Source of the DNA: Pseudomonadota bacterium | GTDB taxonomy: Bacteria > Desulfobacterota > Desulfobacteria > Desulfobacterales > JBDRRP01 | Assembly: GCA_043825735.1 (NCBI GenBank) | Contig: JBDRRP010000025.1 | Location: forward strand, 1 to 64,000 | Direction of reading: 5' to 3' | DNA length: 64,000 nt | Shown here: positions 46,526-57,698 of the stretch, piece after piece | How positions within the stretch are numbered: position 1 is the stretch's first letter | How the letters are laid out: the number at the start of each line of letters is the position of its first letter | Program-made: the position numbers and the translations under genes | The notes under the pieces: generated by a model | What the model was told of the DNA's origin: nothing | Databases searched by the model: none | Seen by the model: the letters and a program-made list of their open reading frames with translations, nothing else

Positions 46526-47722
46526 CGCAGTTACGCCGGCATCGGACAGCACCGCATCCAGACACGCGATCAGCGCGTCGATTTCTGCCTTATCAACAAT
46601 CAGCGGCGGTGCCAACCGTAATACCCGATCCTGCACGCAGTTGACGAGGATACCCCGGTCCAAACATGCCTTGACCACCGGCGCGCCGGTGCAGGCGAGC
46701 GCCACTCCGCAAAGCAGCCCCACGCCGCGAACATCGCGGATCACCGCATGGCGCGCTTTCAGTTCATTGAGCGCAGCCATGAGATAGGCGCCCATTTCCA
46801 CGCAATGCGCGAGAACGCCGTCTTCTTCGATAATTCGGGCCGTTTCCAGCGCGGCGGCGGTGATGACCGGTGTGCCGCCGAAGGTCGTGGCGTGGGCCCC
46901 GGGAACAAATGCCGCCGCCGCTTTTTCCGTGGCCAGCATGGCGCCGATGGGAAGCCCGTTGGCCAGTGCCTTTGCGAGCGTCATCACATCGGGCGCTATC
47001 TCTGCGTGCTCATGGGCAAAGAGCCGTCCGGTGCGCCCCATGCCGGTCTGGACCTCATCGAGCACCATGAGACACCCGGCGGCATCACAGATCTCGCGAA
47101 CAGCCTTGAGGTAGCCGGCAGACGGCACCACCACGCCGCCTTCTCCCTGGATCGGCTCCAGCAGGACAGCGCATACCGTGTCGTCAACAGCAGCCTTCAG
47201 TGCCGGGATGTCGTTAAAGGGCACGAAGGAAAATCCGCCCAGCAGCGGGTAAATCCCTTTTTTGATTTTATCCTGACCGGTGGCCGAGAGCGCGCCCATG
47301 GTCCGTCCGTGAAAAGACTGGGTCATGGCGATGATGCGGTGCCGCTCAGGTTGTCCCTGGTCGTGGAAAAATTTGCGCACCAGTTTGATGGCCGCCTCGT
47401 TGGCCTCGGCGCCGCTGTTGCAGAAAAAGACCCGGTCGGCAAAACAGCGGTGGGTCAGCCACTCGGCCAGTCGCACCTGGGGCTCGGTGTAAAAAAGATT
47501 GGACACATGGCACAGGGTCTCGGCCTGCCGGGCCAACGCCCTTGCAATTCGCGGGTTGGCGTGCCCCAGACTGCATACGGCAATGCCGGCGAAAAAATCG
47601 ATGTACTCCCTGCCCTCGCTGTCCCAGAGCCGGCAACCGCTGCCCCGGGTGAGTACGATGGGGTGCCGGGCGTAGGTGGTGGCCAGGGTGGTGTCCGCCG
47701 CGTCGATGATGGCGTTGCTCAT
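46520..47722 (-). CDS. argD: Acetylornithine aminotransferase
   Basis: [41 protein letters not shown]. Confidence 0.96.
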   Translation of the reverse strand: MSNAIIDAADTTLATTYARHPIVLTRGSGCRLWDSEGREYIDFFAGIAVCSLGHANPRIARALARQAETLCHVSNLFYTEPQVRLAEWLTHRCFADRVFFCNSGAEANEAAIKLVRKFFHDQGQPERHRIIAMTQSFHGRTMGALSATGQDKIKKGIYPLLGGFSFVPFNDIPALKAAVDDTVCAVLLEPIQGEGGVVVPSAGYLKAVREICDAAGCLMVLDEVQTGMGRTGRLFAHEHAEIAPDVMTLAKALANGLPIGAMLATEKAAAAFVPGAHATTFGGTPVITAAALETARIIEEDGVLAHCVEMGAYLMAALNELKARHAVIRDVRGVGLLCGVALACTGAPVVKACLDRGILVNCVQDRVLRLAPPLIVDKAEIDALIACLDAVLSDAGVTAS

Positions 47723-48594
47723 GTGGTGATTTCCGTTCCGACCCCTTTGTTGGTGAACAGTTCCAAGAGCAGGGCGTGGCGCTTGGTCCCGTTGATGATC
47801 TGCACTTTCTCAACACCGTTGGCAATGGCGTCCAGTCCGTATTCGATCTTGGGAATCATTCCCCCGGTGATGGTGCCATCACCGATCATGCGCTTTATGG
47901 CTGCCGAATCCACCGATGAAATGAGCTTTCCCCCGGCCCCCAGCACGCCGTCGACATCTGTCATGAGCAACAGGCGCCCTGCAGAAAGCGCTGCCGCAAG
48001 TTTACTGGCCACCAGGTCAGCGTTGATGTTGAAGGTTTCCCCCTTGTCGCTGGTACCGATGGGCGCGATGATGGGTATGAATTTATCCCGGGTGAGGCTG
48101 TCGATAATGGCCGGGTTGATGTGGGTCACCTCTCCCACCAGGCCGGGGTCCAGGATCTCTGGCGGTTTATCGGCTTCGGTCTGATGCATGATGGTCATCT
48201 TCCGGGCCTGGATGAGACCGCCGTCCTTTCCCGAAAGTCCAACCGCCTTGCCGCCCTGGGCGTTGATCTGGGCCACGATGCTCTTATTGACTTTGCCGCC
48301 CAGGACCATTTCCACCACGTCCATGGTTTCCTGATCGGTAAGGCGCATGCCCCGCACGAAACGCGGTTCGATGCCCATGCGATCAAGCACGCGGTTGATC
48401 TGGGGACCGCCGCCGTGAACCACTACCGGATTCACGCCGATAAACTTGAGCAGCACGATGTCCCGGGCAAAATCCGCCTTGAGCTGTTCATCCACCATGG
48501 CATGCCCGCCATATTTGACGACGATGGTCATGCCGTAAAACTGCCGGATATACGGCAGCGCCTCAATGAGAATGTCGGCTACACTGGGGGCCAT
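47719..48594 (-). CDS. argB: Acetylglutamate kinase
   Basis: VVKYGG, VHGGGP, NINAD, TDVDG, GGMIPK. Confidence 0.97.
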   Translation of the reverse strand: MAPSVADILIEALPYIRQFYGMTIVVKYGGHAMVDEQLKADFARDIVLLKFIGVNPVVVHGGGPQINRVLDRMGIEPRFVRGMRLTDQETMDVVEMVLGGKVNKSIVAQINAQGGKAVGLSGKDGGLIQARKMTIMHQTEADKPPEILDPGLVGEVTHINPAIIDSLTRDKFIPIIAPIGTSDKGETFNINADLVASKLAAALSAGRLLLMTDVDGVLGAGGKLISSVDSAAIKRMIGDGTITGGMIPKIEYGLDAIANGVEKVQIINGTKRHALLLELFTNKGVGTEITT

Positions 48595-48638
48595 GGTTTT
48601 CTTTCCTGTGCTGTCTTCGTCTACTTAATTATTAATAA

Positions 48639-48870
48639 AATTCGGGAATTGAGGAATTTAGGGATTCCGGATTAACATCAACGGCAAGACCCAAACCGTG
48701 TGTTATGCGGCCCCATGTTACAATGGATCACAACGCGCAACAACTATCCCTAATTCCGCCACAAATCACAGGCGGACGAATCCCTCAATCCCTAAATCCC
48801 TCAATTCCTAAATTCCTGAATCCCTGAATCCCTGAATCCCTAAATCCCTGAATTCCTAAATCCCTGAATC
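48639..48870. repeat. Inverted pair of 8-bp tandem arrays (GGRATTNA)n ... (AATYCCTN)n
   Basis: Left arm 48639-48673, right arm 48779-48870; homologous to 50874-51087. Confidence 0.88.
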
Positions 48871-50251
48871 ACAAAATAAACCGGCTCAAATCGTCGTCCT
48901 TGACGATCTTGGCCAGTTTCTCACGCACAAACGCCACATCCACGACGACGGTGTGTTCGGCCACATCCGGCGCATCGAACAGAACGTCTTCAAGCAGCCG
49001 CTCCATCAGCGTGTGAAGTCGCCGGGCACCGATGTTTTCCGTGCGCTGGTTCACGTTTTCGGCAATCTGAGCCACCTCCATGACAGCCTCGTCGGTAAAT
49101 GACAGCGCTACCCCTTCGGTTTTCAAAAGGGCGATGTACTGGAGCAAGAGGGCGTTTTTAGGCTCGGTGAGAATCCGGTAAAACTCCGACCGGTTCAGTG
49201 CGCTGAGTTCCACCCGAATGGGAAAACGGCCCTGGAGCTCTGGGATCAGGTCCGAGGGCTTGGACGAGTGAAACGCGCCGGCGGCAATGAACAAAATATG
49301 GTCGGTTTTAACCGGCCCGTATTTGGTGGTGACCGAGCTGCCCTCAACCAGCGGCAACAGATCCCGCTGGACGCCTTCCCTCGAGACATCAGGGCCGCCG
49401 GTGGTGTTGCGGCCGGCGATCTTGTCGATCTCGTCCAGAAAAATGATCCCGGACTGCTGCACTTTCTCGAGGGCGCCAGCCACCACGGCATCCATATCCA
49501 CCAGGTGCTGGGCCTCTTGCACCGTCAGGATATCGAGGGCTTCGGGCACCTTGACCTTTCGCTTCTTGGTGGATTTGGGCATCAACCCGCTGAGCATGTC
49601 CTTGAAATTGATTCCCATCTCCTCCATGCCCGAATTGGAAAAAATCTCCACCATGGGCGTACTGGGAGCACTCACCGACAGCTCCACGATCCGATCATCG
49701 AGGCGCCCTTTTTTGAGCATCTGCCGGAGCTTTTCCCGGGTGCCGCCGGTGGCGTTCTCGATGGTATCGGAACCGGTGGCAAAGGGGGTGTCGATGGCAC
49801 TGGTCGCTACGGGCAAAGAGACGCCCGGATTTCCAGTTGGCGGCAGGAGCAAATCCAGCAACTGCTCTTCGGCCATCCGGCGTGCCTTTCCCTGGACCGA
49901 GTCCTGAGCACGAACCTTCATGTCGTTGACGGTGAGTTCCACCAGGTCGCGCACCATGGACTCCACATCCCGCCCGACATACCCCACTTCGGTGAATTTG
50001 CTTGCCTCGACCTTGATGAGGGGAGAATCGGTCAATCGGGACAGGCGCCGGGCGATCTCGGTCTTTCCCACCCCGGTAGGACCGATGAGAATGATGTTTT
50101 TAGGAGCGATTTCGTCCTGAAGCTCAGGGCCCACCTGCTGCCTGCGCCAGCGGTTGCGAAGGGCAATGGCCACGGATCGCTTGGCGTCCTTTTGGCCGAT
50201 AATGTACTTGTCGAGTTCGATCACGATTTGAGAAGGCTTTAGGTGTTCCAT
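48869..50251 (-). CDS. hslU: ATP-dependent protease ATPase subunit HslU
   Basis: [46 protein letters not shown]. Confidence 0.98.
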   Translation of the reverse strand: MEHLKPSQIVIELDKYIIGQKDAKRSVAIALRNRWRRQQVGPELQDEIAPKNIILIGPTGVGKTEIARRLSRLTDSPLIKVEASKFTEVGYVGRDVESMVRDLVELTVNDMKVRAQDSVQGKARRMAEEQLLDLLLPPTGNPGVSLPVATSAIDTPFATGSDTIENATGGTREKLRQMLKKGRLDDRIVELSVSAPSTPMVEIFSNSGMEEMGINFKDMLSGLMPKSTKKRKVKVPEALDILTVQEAQHLVDMDAVVAGALEKVQQSGIIFLDEIDKIAGRNTTGGPDVSREGVQRDLLPLVEGSSVTTKYGPVKTDHILFIAAGAFHSSKPSDLIPELQGRFPIRVELSALNRSEFYRILTEPKNALLLQYIALLKTEGVALSFTDEAVMEVAQIAENVNQRTENIGARRLHTLMERLLEDVLFDAPDVAEHTVVVDVAFVREKLAKIVKDDDLSRFIL

Positions 50252-50254
50252 GTG

Positions 50255-50818
50255 TCAGTCCGCATCCGTTTCCGAGATTTCTTCAAAGGTCAGTTGATCG
50301 TTGGTGTAGACACACAGGGCACCGGCAATGCCCATGGCGGTTTCAACGATGGCGCGGGCGTCAAGATCCGAACGTGCCACCAGCGCCATGGCGGCGGCCT
50401 GGGCGGCAACGCCCCCCGAGCCGATGCCGATGATCCCCTGGTCGGGCTCCATGACATCGCCGTTGCCGCTCATGAGAAACATTCGGCCCCCATCGGCAGC
50501 GATCATGAGCGCTTCCAGGCGTCTCAGGTACCGGTCGGTTCGCCAGTCCCGGGCCAGCTCAACGGCGGCGCGGGTCAAATTGCCGTTGTACTGTTCGAGC
50601 TTTTGCTCCAGTTTTTCCGAAAGTGTCAGCGCATCGGCGGTGGCGCCGGCGAACCCGACAATGATGCGCTCGTTGTAGATACGGCGCACTTTCCGGGCCG
50701 TGTGCTTGATCACCGTGTTATTCAGGGTCACCTGTCCGTCGCCGGCCACCACCAGCCGCCCGTTGCGCCGAACCGCCAGGATGGTGGTGCCGTGGAACTT
50801 TTGGTCATTAGGGGACAT
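50255..50818 (-). CDS. hslV: ATP-dependent protease peptidase subunit HslV
   Basis: [33 protein letters not shown]. Confidence 0.98.
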   Translation of the reverse strand: MSPNDQKFHGTTILAVRRNGRLVVAGDGQVTLNNTVIKHTARKVRRIYNERIIVGFAGATADALTLSEKLEQKLEQYNGNLTRAAVELARDWRTDRYLRRLEALMIAADGGRMFLMSGNGDVMEPDQGIIGIGSGGVAAQAAAMALVARSDLDARAIVETAMGIAGALCVYTNDQLTFEEISETDAD

Positions 50819-50873
50819 TGTTTCTATCCTTAGGTATAGTTTGTTCTTCAACAGCGTTTGTTTGAAGGAGGCT

Positions 50874-51087
50874 AATTTAGGAATTCAGGAATTCAGGAAT
50901 TGCGAATTAACAGCTAAAACCAATTCTGGAATTTAGGAATTCAGGAATTGCGAATTAACATCAACAGCAAAACCCAAACCCCTCAATCCGCCACAACCCG
51001 CCGGCGGAAAAGTCCCTCAATCCCTAAATCCCTGAATTCCTAAATTCCTCAATCCCTAAATTCCTCAATCCCTAAATCCCTGAATCC
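50874..51087. repeat. Inverted pair of 8-bp tandem arrays
   Basis: (GGAATTCA)n left arms and (AATCCCTN)n right arm; shares TTAACATCAAC...ACCCAAACC core with 48639-48870. Confidence 0.88.
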
Positions 51088-51094
51088 GCCCTAC

Positions 51095-52027
51095 TCACTT
51101 TCTCGGGTGCGCCTTGTCGTAGGCGGCCATGAGCTTGTCGATGCTGACATGGGTGTATTTTTGAGTGGTCGACAGGCTCTTGTGGCCCAAAAGCTCCTGC
51201 ACCACGCGCAGGTCCGCCCCCGCGTCCAGCAGGTGCGTGGCAAAACTGTGCCGCATGCCGTGCGGCGACACGGGGATTTCAACGCCGATCAGCTGCGCCA
51301 GCTGCTCCAGAATGCGGGCGATGGAGCGCGTGGTCAACCGCCCTCCCCGATGATTGAGAAACATCGCCCCCCCGCTATTGACCGGAACGCCGCTTTCAGC
51401 CTGCAACCGCTGCCGGTAAAGGGCCACGGACCGAAGCGCTTTTTCCCCCACAGGAACGATGCGCTCCTTGTTTCCTTTACCCGTCACCCGGATCATGGCC
51501 GCCATGGCGTCCACGTCGCCGGTGTTGAGTCCTGCCAATTCGGACACACGGATGCCGGTTGAATACAGCATCTCGAACATGGCGCGGTTTCGAAGCCCTA
51601 GCAGATCGTCGACCGGGATGGCATCGAGCAGTCGAAACATGTCGTCCACTGGCAGGTAATGCGGGATAGGCCGATCCTGCTTGGGTGTTAAGACCGCGCC
51701 CATGGGATTTTCTGTCACCAACCGCTCTCGCACGAGAAATGCGAAAAAGGCTCGTAGCGACGAAAGTTTGCGGGCGATGGTCGATTTTCGATTTTTTCGG
51801 TGGAGTTGCCCGAGGTACATTCTCACGTTTAAAGAATCCACCTGGTCGATGCGCAAGGGGGCACACTTTGCGCTGTCATCGCCGTCCGGTGTCTTTTCGG
51901 CCAGTATGCGCACGAATTCTGCCAAATCCGTTGCGTACGCCCTGACCGTAGCAGCAGCATACGCTTTTTCGGTTTGGAGATGGTCGATAAAATGATGGAT
52001 CAAGTCCGTAAACAGGGCAGGATTCAT
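51095..52027 (-). CDS. xerC: Tyrosine recombinase XerC
   Basis: GIRVSEL, GKGNKER, HGMRHSFATH, LLGH, TTQKY; xerC-hslV-hslU synteny. Confidence 0.92.
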   Translation of the reverse strand: MNPALFTDLIHHFIDHLQTEKAYAAATVRAYATDLAEFVRILAEKTPDGDDSAKCAPLRIDQVDSLNVRMYLGQLHRKNRKSTIARKLSSLRAFFAFLVRERLVTENPMGAVLTPKQDRPIPHYLPVDDMFRLLDAIPVDDLLGLRNRAMFEMLYSTGIRVSELAGLNTGDVDAMAAMIRVTGKGNKERIVPVGEKALRSVALYRQRLQAESGVPVNSGGAMFLNHRGGRLTTRSIARILEQLAQLIGVEIPVSPHGMRHSFATHLLDAGADLRVVQELLGHKSLSTTQKYTHVSIDKLMAAYDKAHPRK

Positions 52028-52328
52028 AGGATTGCCCGATCATTTGTCCAACCGGGATACGGTCGGCGGCCGCCATGCAGCCGCTCCGCCCCCCGGGTCG
52101 TCATTGAATCCGATGGGGATGGGCTCCGTAAGGGGGCCTCATCCCGACGACAAACCGCGGGGGAACGCGGCTTGCCGGTTGCGCCGGTGATTGTTTTTGC
52201 CGACCCGCCACTGCGCGTCGGGTCGAAACGGTAACATGCGTTGCGAGCAGCAACCATTGTCCGCGGCCCATGGCCGCGATTCCAAAACCGCCTGCGCTGC
52301 AGGCGGTCATTCACTCGGCGGCTTCCGA

Positions 52329-52652
52329 TCAGGCAGCGCGGCGGGTCTGCTTTTTCAGGCGGGAGATACGACGGCGGTAAATGGCAGCCATTTTCTTGTC
52401 GTCGGCGGAAAGGGCTTTTTCCCGTTCGGCTTTGAGCGTCCGGATTTTCTTTTTGACGCCACGCATGTCCGCTTTCACGGCTTTGGCCGTTTCTGCGATA
52501 CCGCGAACCTTCTTGATTTCGGAAACAAGCTCGTCTTTATTCATACCGTGAACCCCGACGATCCCATCAATATCCTTTGCGACTTCTCGGAGCTCCTTGG
52601 CAGTCATTTTCTCGAGAGGCTTTTCTTTTTCTACCTTCTTTTTCCCAGCCAT
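52329..52652 (-). CDS. Small basic protein with Rho-termination-factor N-terminal-like helical domain
   Basis: LEKMTAKELREVAK...VHGMNKDELV; AAGGAG RBS. Confidence 0.75.
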   Translation of the reverse strand: MAGKKKVEKEKPLEKMTAKELREVAKDIDGIVGVHGMNKDELVSEIKKVRGIAETAKAVKADMRGVKKKIRTLKAEREKALSADDKKMAAIYRRRISRLKKQTRRAA

Positions 52653-52818
52653 GTTCTGATTTCTCCTTTCATACGACCTCGTGCGGCGGGGTTTGCCGCC
52701 GCAACGTTCAAATCATTGAACCCACCTGATGGTCAATTGACAAAAGCTGGTTTATTAGACCGAAATCACGGCTTTTGTCAACAGGTTTGCGCGCCGCCCT
52801 ACCCTTTCTGGATGGACA

Positions 52819-53574
52819 CTATTTATCCTTTTTTCCGGCCATTTCCAAAAAGGGTCTGAACAGATCCATTGGGAACGGGAAAATCGTGGTCGTGTTCTGC
52901 TCGGCTGCCATCTCCCGCATGGTCTGAAGGTATCTCAGTTGCAGGGCCATGGGATGATCCTGGATGATTGCGGAAGCCTCCGCCAATTTGGCGGCCGCCT
53001 GGAACTCGCCGTCGGCATTGATGATCTTGGCCCGTCGTTCGCGCTCGGCTTCGGCCTGCTTGGCCATGGACCGCTGCATTTCCTGCGGCAGATCGATATG
53101 CTTGAGCTCAACGGTGGCCACTTTGATGCCCCAGGGATCGGTGTGCGTATCGAGGATTTCCTGCAACTGCGAATTGATCTTTTCCCGGGCAGACAGCAGC
53201 TCATCCAGATCCGCCTGCCCGCAGACGCTCCGAAGCGTGGTCTGGGCCAGTTGGCTCATGGCATACTGGTAGTTCTCCACCTCGACAATGGCCTTGATAG
53301 GGTCGATGACGCGGAAATAAATAACCGCATTGACCTTGACCGACACGTTGTCACGGGTGATCACGTCCTGGGGGTCCACATCTGTGGCCACCAGCCGCAG
53401 GCTCACGGGCACCATCTTATCGATGACGGGGATGAGGATGATGAGTCCCGGCCCCTTGGCCTTGATCACCCGTCCCAATCGGAAAATCACGCCGCGCTCG
53501 TACTCGTTGAGAACTCTGATCGCGGCAAACAAAAACATGACCGTCAATACGATGATGACTATGGCAGCATACAT
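52819..53574 (-). CDS. Slipin / stomatin-like SPFH protein
   Basis: [47 protein letters not shown]. Confidence 0.95.
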   Translation of the reverse strand: MYAAIVIIVLTVMFLFAAIRVLNEYERGVIFRLGRVIKAKGPGLIILIPVIDKMVPVSLRLVATDVDPQDVITRDNVSVKVNAVIYFRVIDPIKAIVEVENYQYAMSQLAQTTLRSVCGQADLDELLSAREKINSQLQEILDTHTDPWGIKVATVELKHIDLPQEMQRSMAKQAEAERERRAKIINADGEFQAAAKLAEASAIIQDHPMALQLRYLQTMREMAAEQNTTTIFPFPMDLFRPFLEMAGKKDK

Positions 53575-53589
53575 GGTTGGTTCTCCTTG

Positions 53590-54028
53590 GAAGCGTTGGG
53601 ATCGTTGTGAGCGTTAAGATCGTTTGGATCGTTGGGATCGTTGGGATCGTTTGGTTCGTTAAGATCGTTTGGATCGTTGTGAGCGTTAAGATCGTTGAAA
53701 GAGCAGTGAATCGTAAAAAGTTTTGAGAAAATAGGGTGTTATCGGTTATCTGCCCTCTGGCGCCTGACTACGGACCTCCGACATCGGTCCTCTGAAATCT
53801 GTCATCTGACGTCTGCCCTCTTGCACTTCCGGCCGAAGGCCGCCTTTATCCTGTCTATCCTGTCAAATATGCAGTTGCGGTTGCTTTTCCGGCCGAAGGC
53901 CGCCCATCCGCGTAATCCGCGTAATCTGCGGTTAATTCTCTTTACAGTTGCCTTCCGGCCGCAGGCCGTCTTTCACCGTCTGCGCCTGTCTGCGGTTCAT
54001 TCTCTTTGCAGTTGCTGTTCGGCAGCAG
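53590..54028 (-). repeat. Composite repeat: about 11 x 9-bp array abutting the slipin RBS, then heptamer and CGGCCGAAGGCCG/ATCTGCG modules
   Basis: Direct reading; array at 53590-53697. Confidence 0.88.
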
Positions 54029-54031
54029 GAC

Positions 54032-55312
54032 CTACACCGGCTCAACCGTCAGCTTGAGCCGGTCCACTGCCGTTACCCGCACTTTGACCCCTTCGGCCAG
54101 GGGCGCATCCGAGGTGGCCCACCAGAGCTCGCCGTGGACCAGCACCTTGCCTTCCGGAGCAAGGGCCTGCTTGACCACGCCGATCTCGCCGACGATCCCT
54201 TCGGCACCGCTGGCCGGCTGCCGAAGGTGCGCGCGAAACACCAGGGCCGCCACCGCTGAAAAAAACAAGGATATCACCGTCACGGTGGGAACGAGCACCT
54301 GCATCGACAACCTGACCCCGGTATCTTCCCCCTCGTAGAGCATCATGGAGCCCAAGAGCAGTGCGACGATGCCGGCCACACTGAGGAGCCCATAGGAAGT
54401 GATCTTCATCTCCATGATAAAAAAGATCAGCGACAGCACAATGAGAAGGATGCCGGCAGTACTGACCGGCAGCGTCTGGAATGCAAAAAAGGCGAGGATC
54501 AGTGAAATGCCGCCGACCACCCCGGGGAAAATGGCACCTGGATGGGAGAGCTCGAAATACAGCCCGGCCAGACCGATCATCATGAGGATATAGGCGATAT
54601 TCGGATCACTGATGGTGCGAAGGATCTTGCTGCGAAGCCCCTCTTGAATCTGCCGGATGGCGGCATCTTTCGTTCGAAGGACGCCTTTTCCGGATATTTC
54701 CATCCCGTCGATCTGCTTGATGAGATCGGCGAGATCGTCTGCCACCACATTGATGACATTGGCGCTCAAGGCCTCGGTCTCGGTGATGCTGGCGCTTTCA
54801 CGGATGGATCGTTCAACCCAATCGGCGTTGCGACCGCGTTTTTCGGCCACACTGCGCGCATGAGCCACCATGTCGTTGGTGATCTTTTCACCCATGGTAT
54901 CATCGATGTCCGTACCGCCCGCCCCCACCGGGTGAGCCGCACCGATATTGGTCCCCGGCGCCATGGCGGCGATATCGGCAGCCATGGTGATCATCACGCC
55001 CGCCGAGGCGGCCCGCGCTCCGCCGGGGAAAACATATACCACTACCGGCACTCGGCTGGCCATGATCCGCATGACAATATCGCGCATGGCGTCAACAAGC
55101 CCCCCGGGCGTATCCAGCAAAACGATCAGGCAGGCGGCCTTCTCAGCTTCGGCCTCGTCAATAGACGAGATCACAAAATCGGCCGTCCCCGGGCTGATGG
55201 CGCCGGAAACCGTCACCGTGACAATGTCGCCGGAAGCGGCAAAGACCGAAGCTCCTGCCGCCAGGGACAGGAAGAGAACGGCAATCGCTGCAGAAAAAAG
55301 GGATCGCGTCAT
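54032..55312 (-). CDS. nfeD: NfeD (long form) membrane-bound ClpP-like serine protease
   Basis: LDTPGG, AASAG, GAAHPV, TM block, C-terminal OB fold (GKVLVHGELW). Confidence 0.93.
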   Translation of the reverse strand: MTRSLFSAAIAVLFLSLAAGASVFAASGDIVTVTVSGAISPGTADFVISSIDEAEAEKAACLIVLLDTPGGLVDAMRDIVMRIMASRVPVVVYVFPGGARAASAGVMITMAADIAAMAPGTNIGAAHPVGAGGTDIDDTMGEKITNDMVAHARSVAEKRGRNADWVERSIRESASITETEALSANVINVVADDLADLIKQIDGMEISGKGVLRTKDAAIRQIQEGLRSKILRTISDPNIAYILMMIGLAGLYFELSHPGAIFPGVVGGISLILAFFAFQTLPVSTAGILLIVLSLIFFIMEMKITSYGLLSVAGIVALLLGSMMLYEGEDTGVRLSMQVLVPTVTVISLFFSAVAALVFRAHLRQPASGAEGIVGEIGVVKQALAPEGKVLVHGELWWATSDAPLAEGVKVRVTAVDRLKLTVEPV

Positions 55313-55396
55313 AATATTAAAATGTTGGGCAATAGGTTTATGGTGCCTATGAAAATAGGTCGTCCGCAGACAATATGCAATGCAAGACACGCCATC

Positions 55397-55422
55397 TGGA
55401 TCCCGGTTTTCGCCGGGATGAC
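55397..55422. repeat. REP-like hairpin GTCATCCCGGCGAAAACCGGGATCCA (minus strand)
   Basis: GATCCCGG...CCGGGATG palindrome. Confidence 0.55.
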
Positions 55423-55518
55423 AACTTTAGAACATGAAGTTTCAGACAAGAGATCGCTTCGAAGCGCGCTGGATTGTTTTGGAAACTCGACACTTCCCAT
55501 CGGGTCCCAGACAAATGG

Positions 55519-55935
55519 CTACCGGAGATGCCAGTTGAGAACGTCGAGGCCATTAAAATGCTCGAAATCCGATGTATTTCGAGTGACCAGAATCATCCCG
55601 TTTACAAAAGCAATCGCAGCAATTTGACCATCGACAAATGATGGCATATATCCACTGGCAGAAAGCAGCGCACGTTGCGCCGCATGCCATTCGGCCGCCC
55701 GTTCATCGTAGGGAAGAATATCCAGGTTCCCAAGAACAACTGCCTCCAGGTAGGTCTCTAACAGTTCTCGCTTTCGCGAAGCCGGCAGCCTCATACACCC
55801 ATAACGAAGCTCATGCCAAACAGGTGCCGCAGTGGCCAACTGATCCTGATGTTGTTCGATCATGGCCATTACGTTCTCGTCAGGGACGGCTTTCACCGCT
55901 TCGGAGAGCACATTGGTGTCCAGCAGGTATCTCAT
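55519..55935 (-). CDS. vapC: PIN-domain toxin
   Basis: YLLDTNVLSE, EL..G, DGQIAAIA, LVTRN..DF. Confidence 0.93.
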   Translation of the reverse strand: MRYLLDTNVLSEAVKAVPDENVMAMIEQHQDQLATAAPVWHELRYGCMRLPASRKRELLETYLEAVVLGNLDILPYDERAAEWHAAQRALLSASGYMPSFVDGQIAAIAFVNGMILVTRNTSDFEHFNGLDVLNWHLR

Positions 55936-55936
55936 G

Positions 55937-56218
55937 TTAAAAGTCGACAGCTCTTCCAGGCGTCTCTTCTCGCAGGTTTGATAGGTCGCCGTCAGAGATG
56001 AATGCGTCCTCTCTCTCCATGACTTGCCTGAGCATTGCTAAGGTGTGCCAATATCCATCGCCTTTTTTGCGGTTCAGTCTATCGTATTCCCTAAGTGACA
56101 ACAGTACCGCAACTGGCCGACCATGACGTGTCAGCTTTACAGCAGGCCCTTTTTCGACAGAATGAACCAGCGCCGGTAGTCTGTTTTTCGCCTCTGCGAT
56201 CGTGAATTGATCAGTCAT
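55937..56218 (-). CDS. Phd/YefM-family antitoxin
   Basis: IAEAKNRL..LV...LTRHGRPVAVL; directly upstream of vapC. Confidence 0.92.
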   Translation of the reverse strand: MTDQFTIAEAKNRLPALVHSVEKGPAVKLTRHGRPVAVLLSLREYDRLNRKKGDGYWHTLAMLRQVMEREDAFISDGDLSNLREETPGRAVDF

Positions 56219-56409
56219 GAGCATTTCCCTGTTTGTGGCGGAAAAAATCATGCTAAAAAATAGCCAGAATTATGGCCAAAGTCAAACACAATCATTCCGA
56301 AGATCAGCAGCCCGGCCGCAGCGGTCAGCGGCGGGATGCTCCTGCCGCCACTGACAGGAAGCAATGAACGGTTCGGGTTCAGGCCGCCAGCGGCGCGTTG
56401 GGGGTGTTG

Positions 56410-56580
56410 GGAAAAACAGTGAACTGTGAATAGCAAAAAGTTAAGAGAAAAGAGGCCGTTATTCTTCTGACTTCGGACCTCCGACATCGGACCTCTAAAC
56501 TCTGTCATCTGTCATCTTGCAGTTCGGCCGAAGGCCGCTCACCCGCGCAATCCGCGTCATCCGTGCCAATTGTCTTTTGA
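56410..56580 (-). repeat. Composite repeat modules
   Basis: CTGACTTCGGACCT units, AAAAGTTAAGAGAAAAG, TTGCAGTTCGGCCGAAGGCCGC; shared with 53700-53845 and 60600-60790. Confidence 0.75.
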
Positions 56581-56588
56581 AGTTGATT

Positions 56589-57320
56589 TTAAAGGGAGAT
56601 CCCCAACCGCTGCATTACCTGCTTCATGTCCTCCCACACTTCGCGCTTGTGCGCCGGGGTCCTCAGGAGAAAGGCCGGGTGGAATGTGGGCATCACGGGG
56701 ACGCCCTCCCATTCGTGAATCTGCCCGCGGAGGCGGGAAATGGCAGTGGTGGTATCCAGAAGGCTGTGAGCGGCAATTCCGCCCAGAGTAACAATTACAT
56801 CCGGCCGAATGGCCCTTAACTGTCGCTTTAGGAAGGGAATGCAGGTTCCAATCTCATCGGGCTCGGGGTTGCGGTTTTCCGGAGGACGACACTTTACGAT
56901 ATTGCAGATATAAACCGTCTCCCGGGTGAGCTTCATGGCAACGATCATTTTGGTGAGCAGGTCTCCGGCCGCACCCACAAACGGCAGCCCCTGCCGATCT
57001 TCCTCGGCGCCGGGGCCTTCCCCGACAAAAACCAGGCGCGCTGCCGGATCACCGGCCCCGAACACGACATGTGTGCGCGAGCGGCTCAGCTTGCACCGGA
57101 CGCACTCCCCCAGATCGGTCCGAATCTCCGCCAACGATTCCCGATCCGGTGTTGCAGGAACAAAGATCGGCTGCTCCCAGGACTTGAGAATTTCGACGGA
57201 GCCGGGCGCCAGATCGAAGCCGGCAGCACCGGCGCGCTTCATCAGCGCCAGAGACCGTTTGGCTTCCTCGATCAACGCCGCAGCGTCTTGAGCAAACCGG
57301 TGTGATGGGACCTGTGCCAC
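56589..57320 (-). CDS. Uracil-DNA glycosylase, family 4 (Fe-S)
   Basis: CVRC, GEGPG, PFVG, NIVKCRPPENR, TFHPA; GTG start with AGGAG. Confidence 0.94.
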   Translation of the reverse strand: MAQVPSHRFAQDAAALIEEAKRSLALMKRAGAAGFDLAPGSVEILKSWEQPIFVPATPDRESLAEIRTDLGECVRCKLSRSRTHVVFGAGDPAARLVFVGEGPGAEEDRQGLPFVGAAGDLLTKMIVAMKLTRETVYICNIVKCRPPENRNPEPDEIGTCIPFLKRQLRAIRPDVIVTLGGIAAHSLLDTTTAISRLRGQIHEWEGVPVMPTFHPAFLLRTPAHKREVWEDMKQVMQRLGISL

Positions 57321-57330
57321 AAAAACTCCT

Positions 57331-57695
57331 GGGTTCGTTATGAGCGTTCAGTTCGTTAGGATCGTTGGGATCGTTTGGATCGTTTGGATCGTTTGGATCG
57401 TTGGGATCGTTGGGATCGTTGGGATCGTTGGGATCGTTGGGATCGTTGGGATCGTTGGGATCGTCAAAAAGCAGGGAAAAGTAAATAGTTAAGCGTTAAA
57501 AGGTAAATGCAAAACCATGATAGAATTTTTTTAACTTTTTACTGGGGTTTTATGGCCCTTTTTGCTGTTCCGCGCGCAGCGCCCAAAACCTGCTTTTCTC
57601 CGTGTTCTCCGTGTTCTCCGTGTCTCTGTGGTGAAATAGCCCTTTGCAGTTGTTTTGGGTCTTTCTGTCATCTGCCCTCTGGCAGTTTCCGGCGC
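57331..57695 (-). repeat. Composite repeat: about 14 x 9-bp array (57331-57464) abutting the udg RBS plus further modules
   Basis: Direct reading. Confidence 0.88.
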
Positions 57696-57698
57696 GCA

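Noticed and set aside
46748..48184. Long plus-strand ORFs antisense to core genes (also 16354-17520, 5855-6820, 62495-63583 and others)
   Set aside because: Shadow ORFs expected from GC-rich codon bias; no recognisable motifs.
51095..52027. Tyrosine recombinase as a phage or island integrase
   Set aside because: Length, motifs and xerC-hslV-hslU synteny indicate housekeeping XerC.
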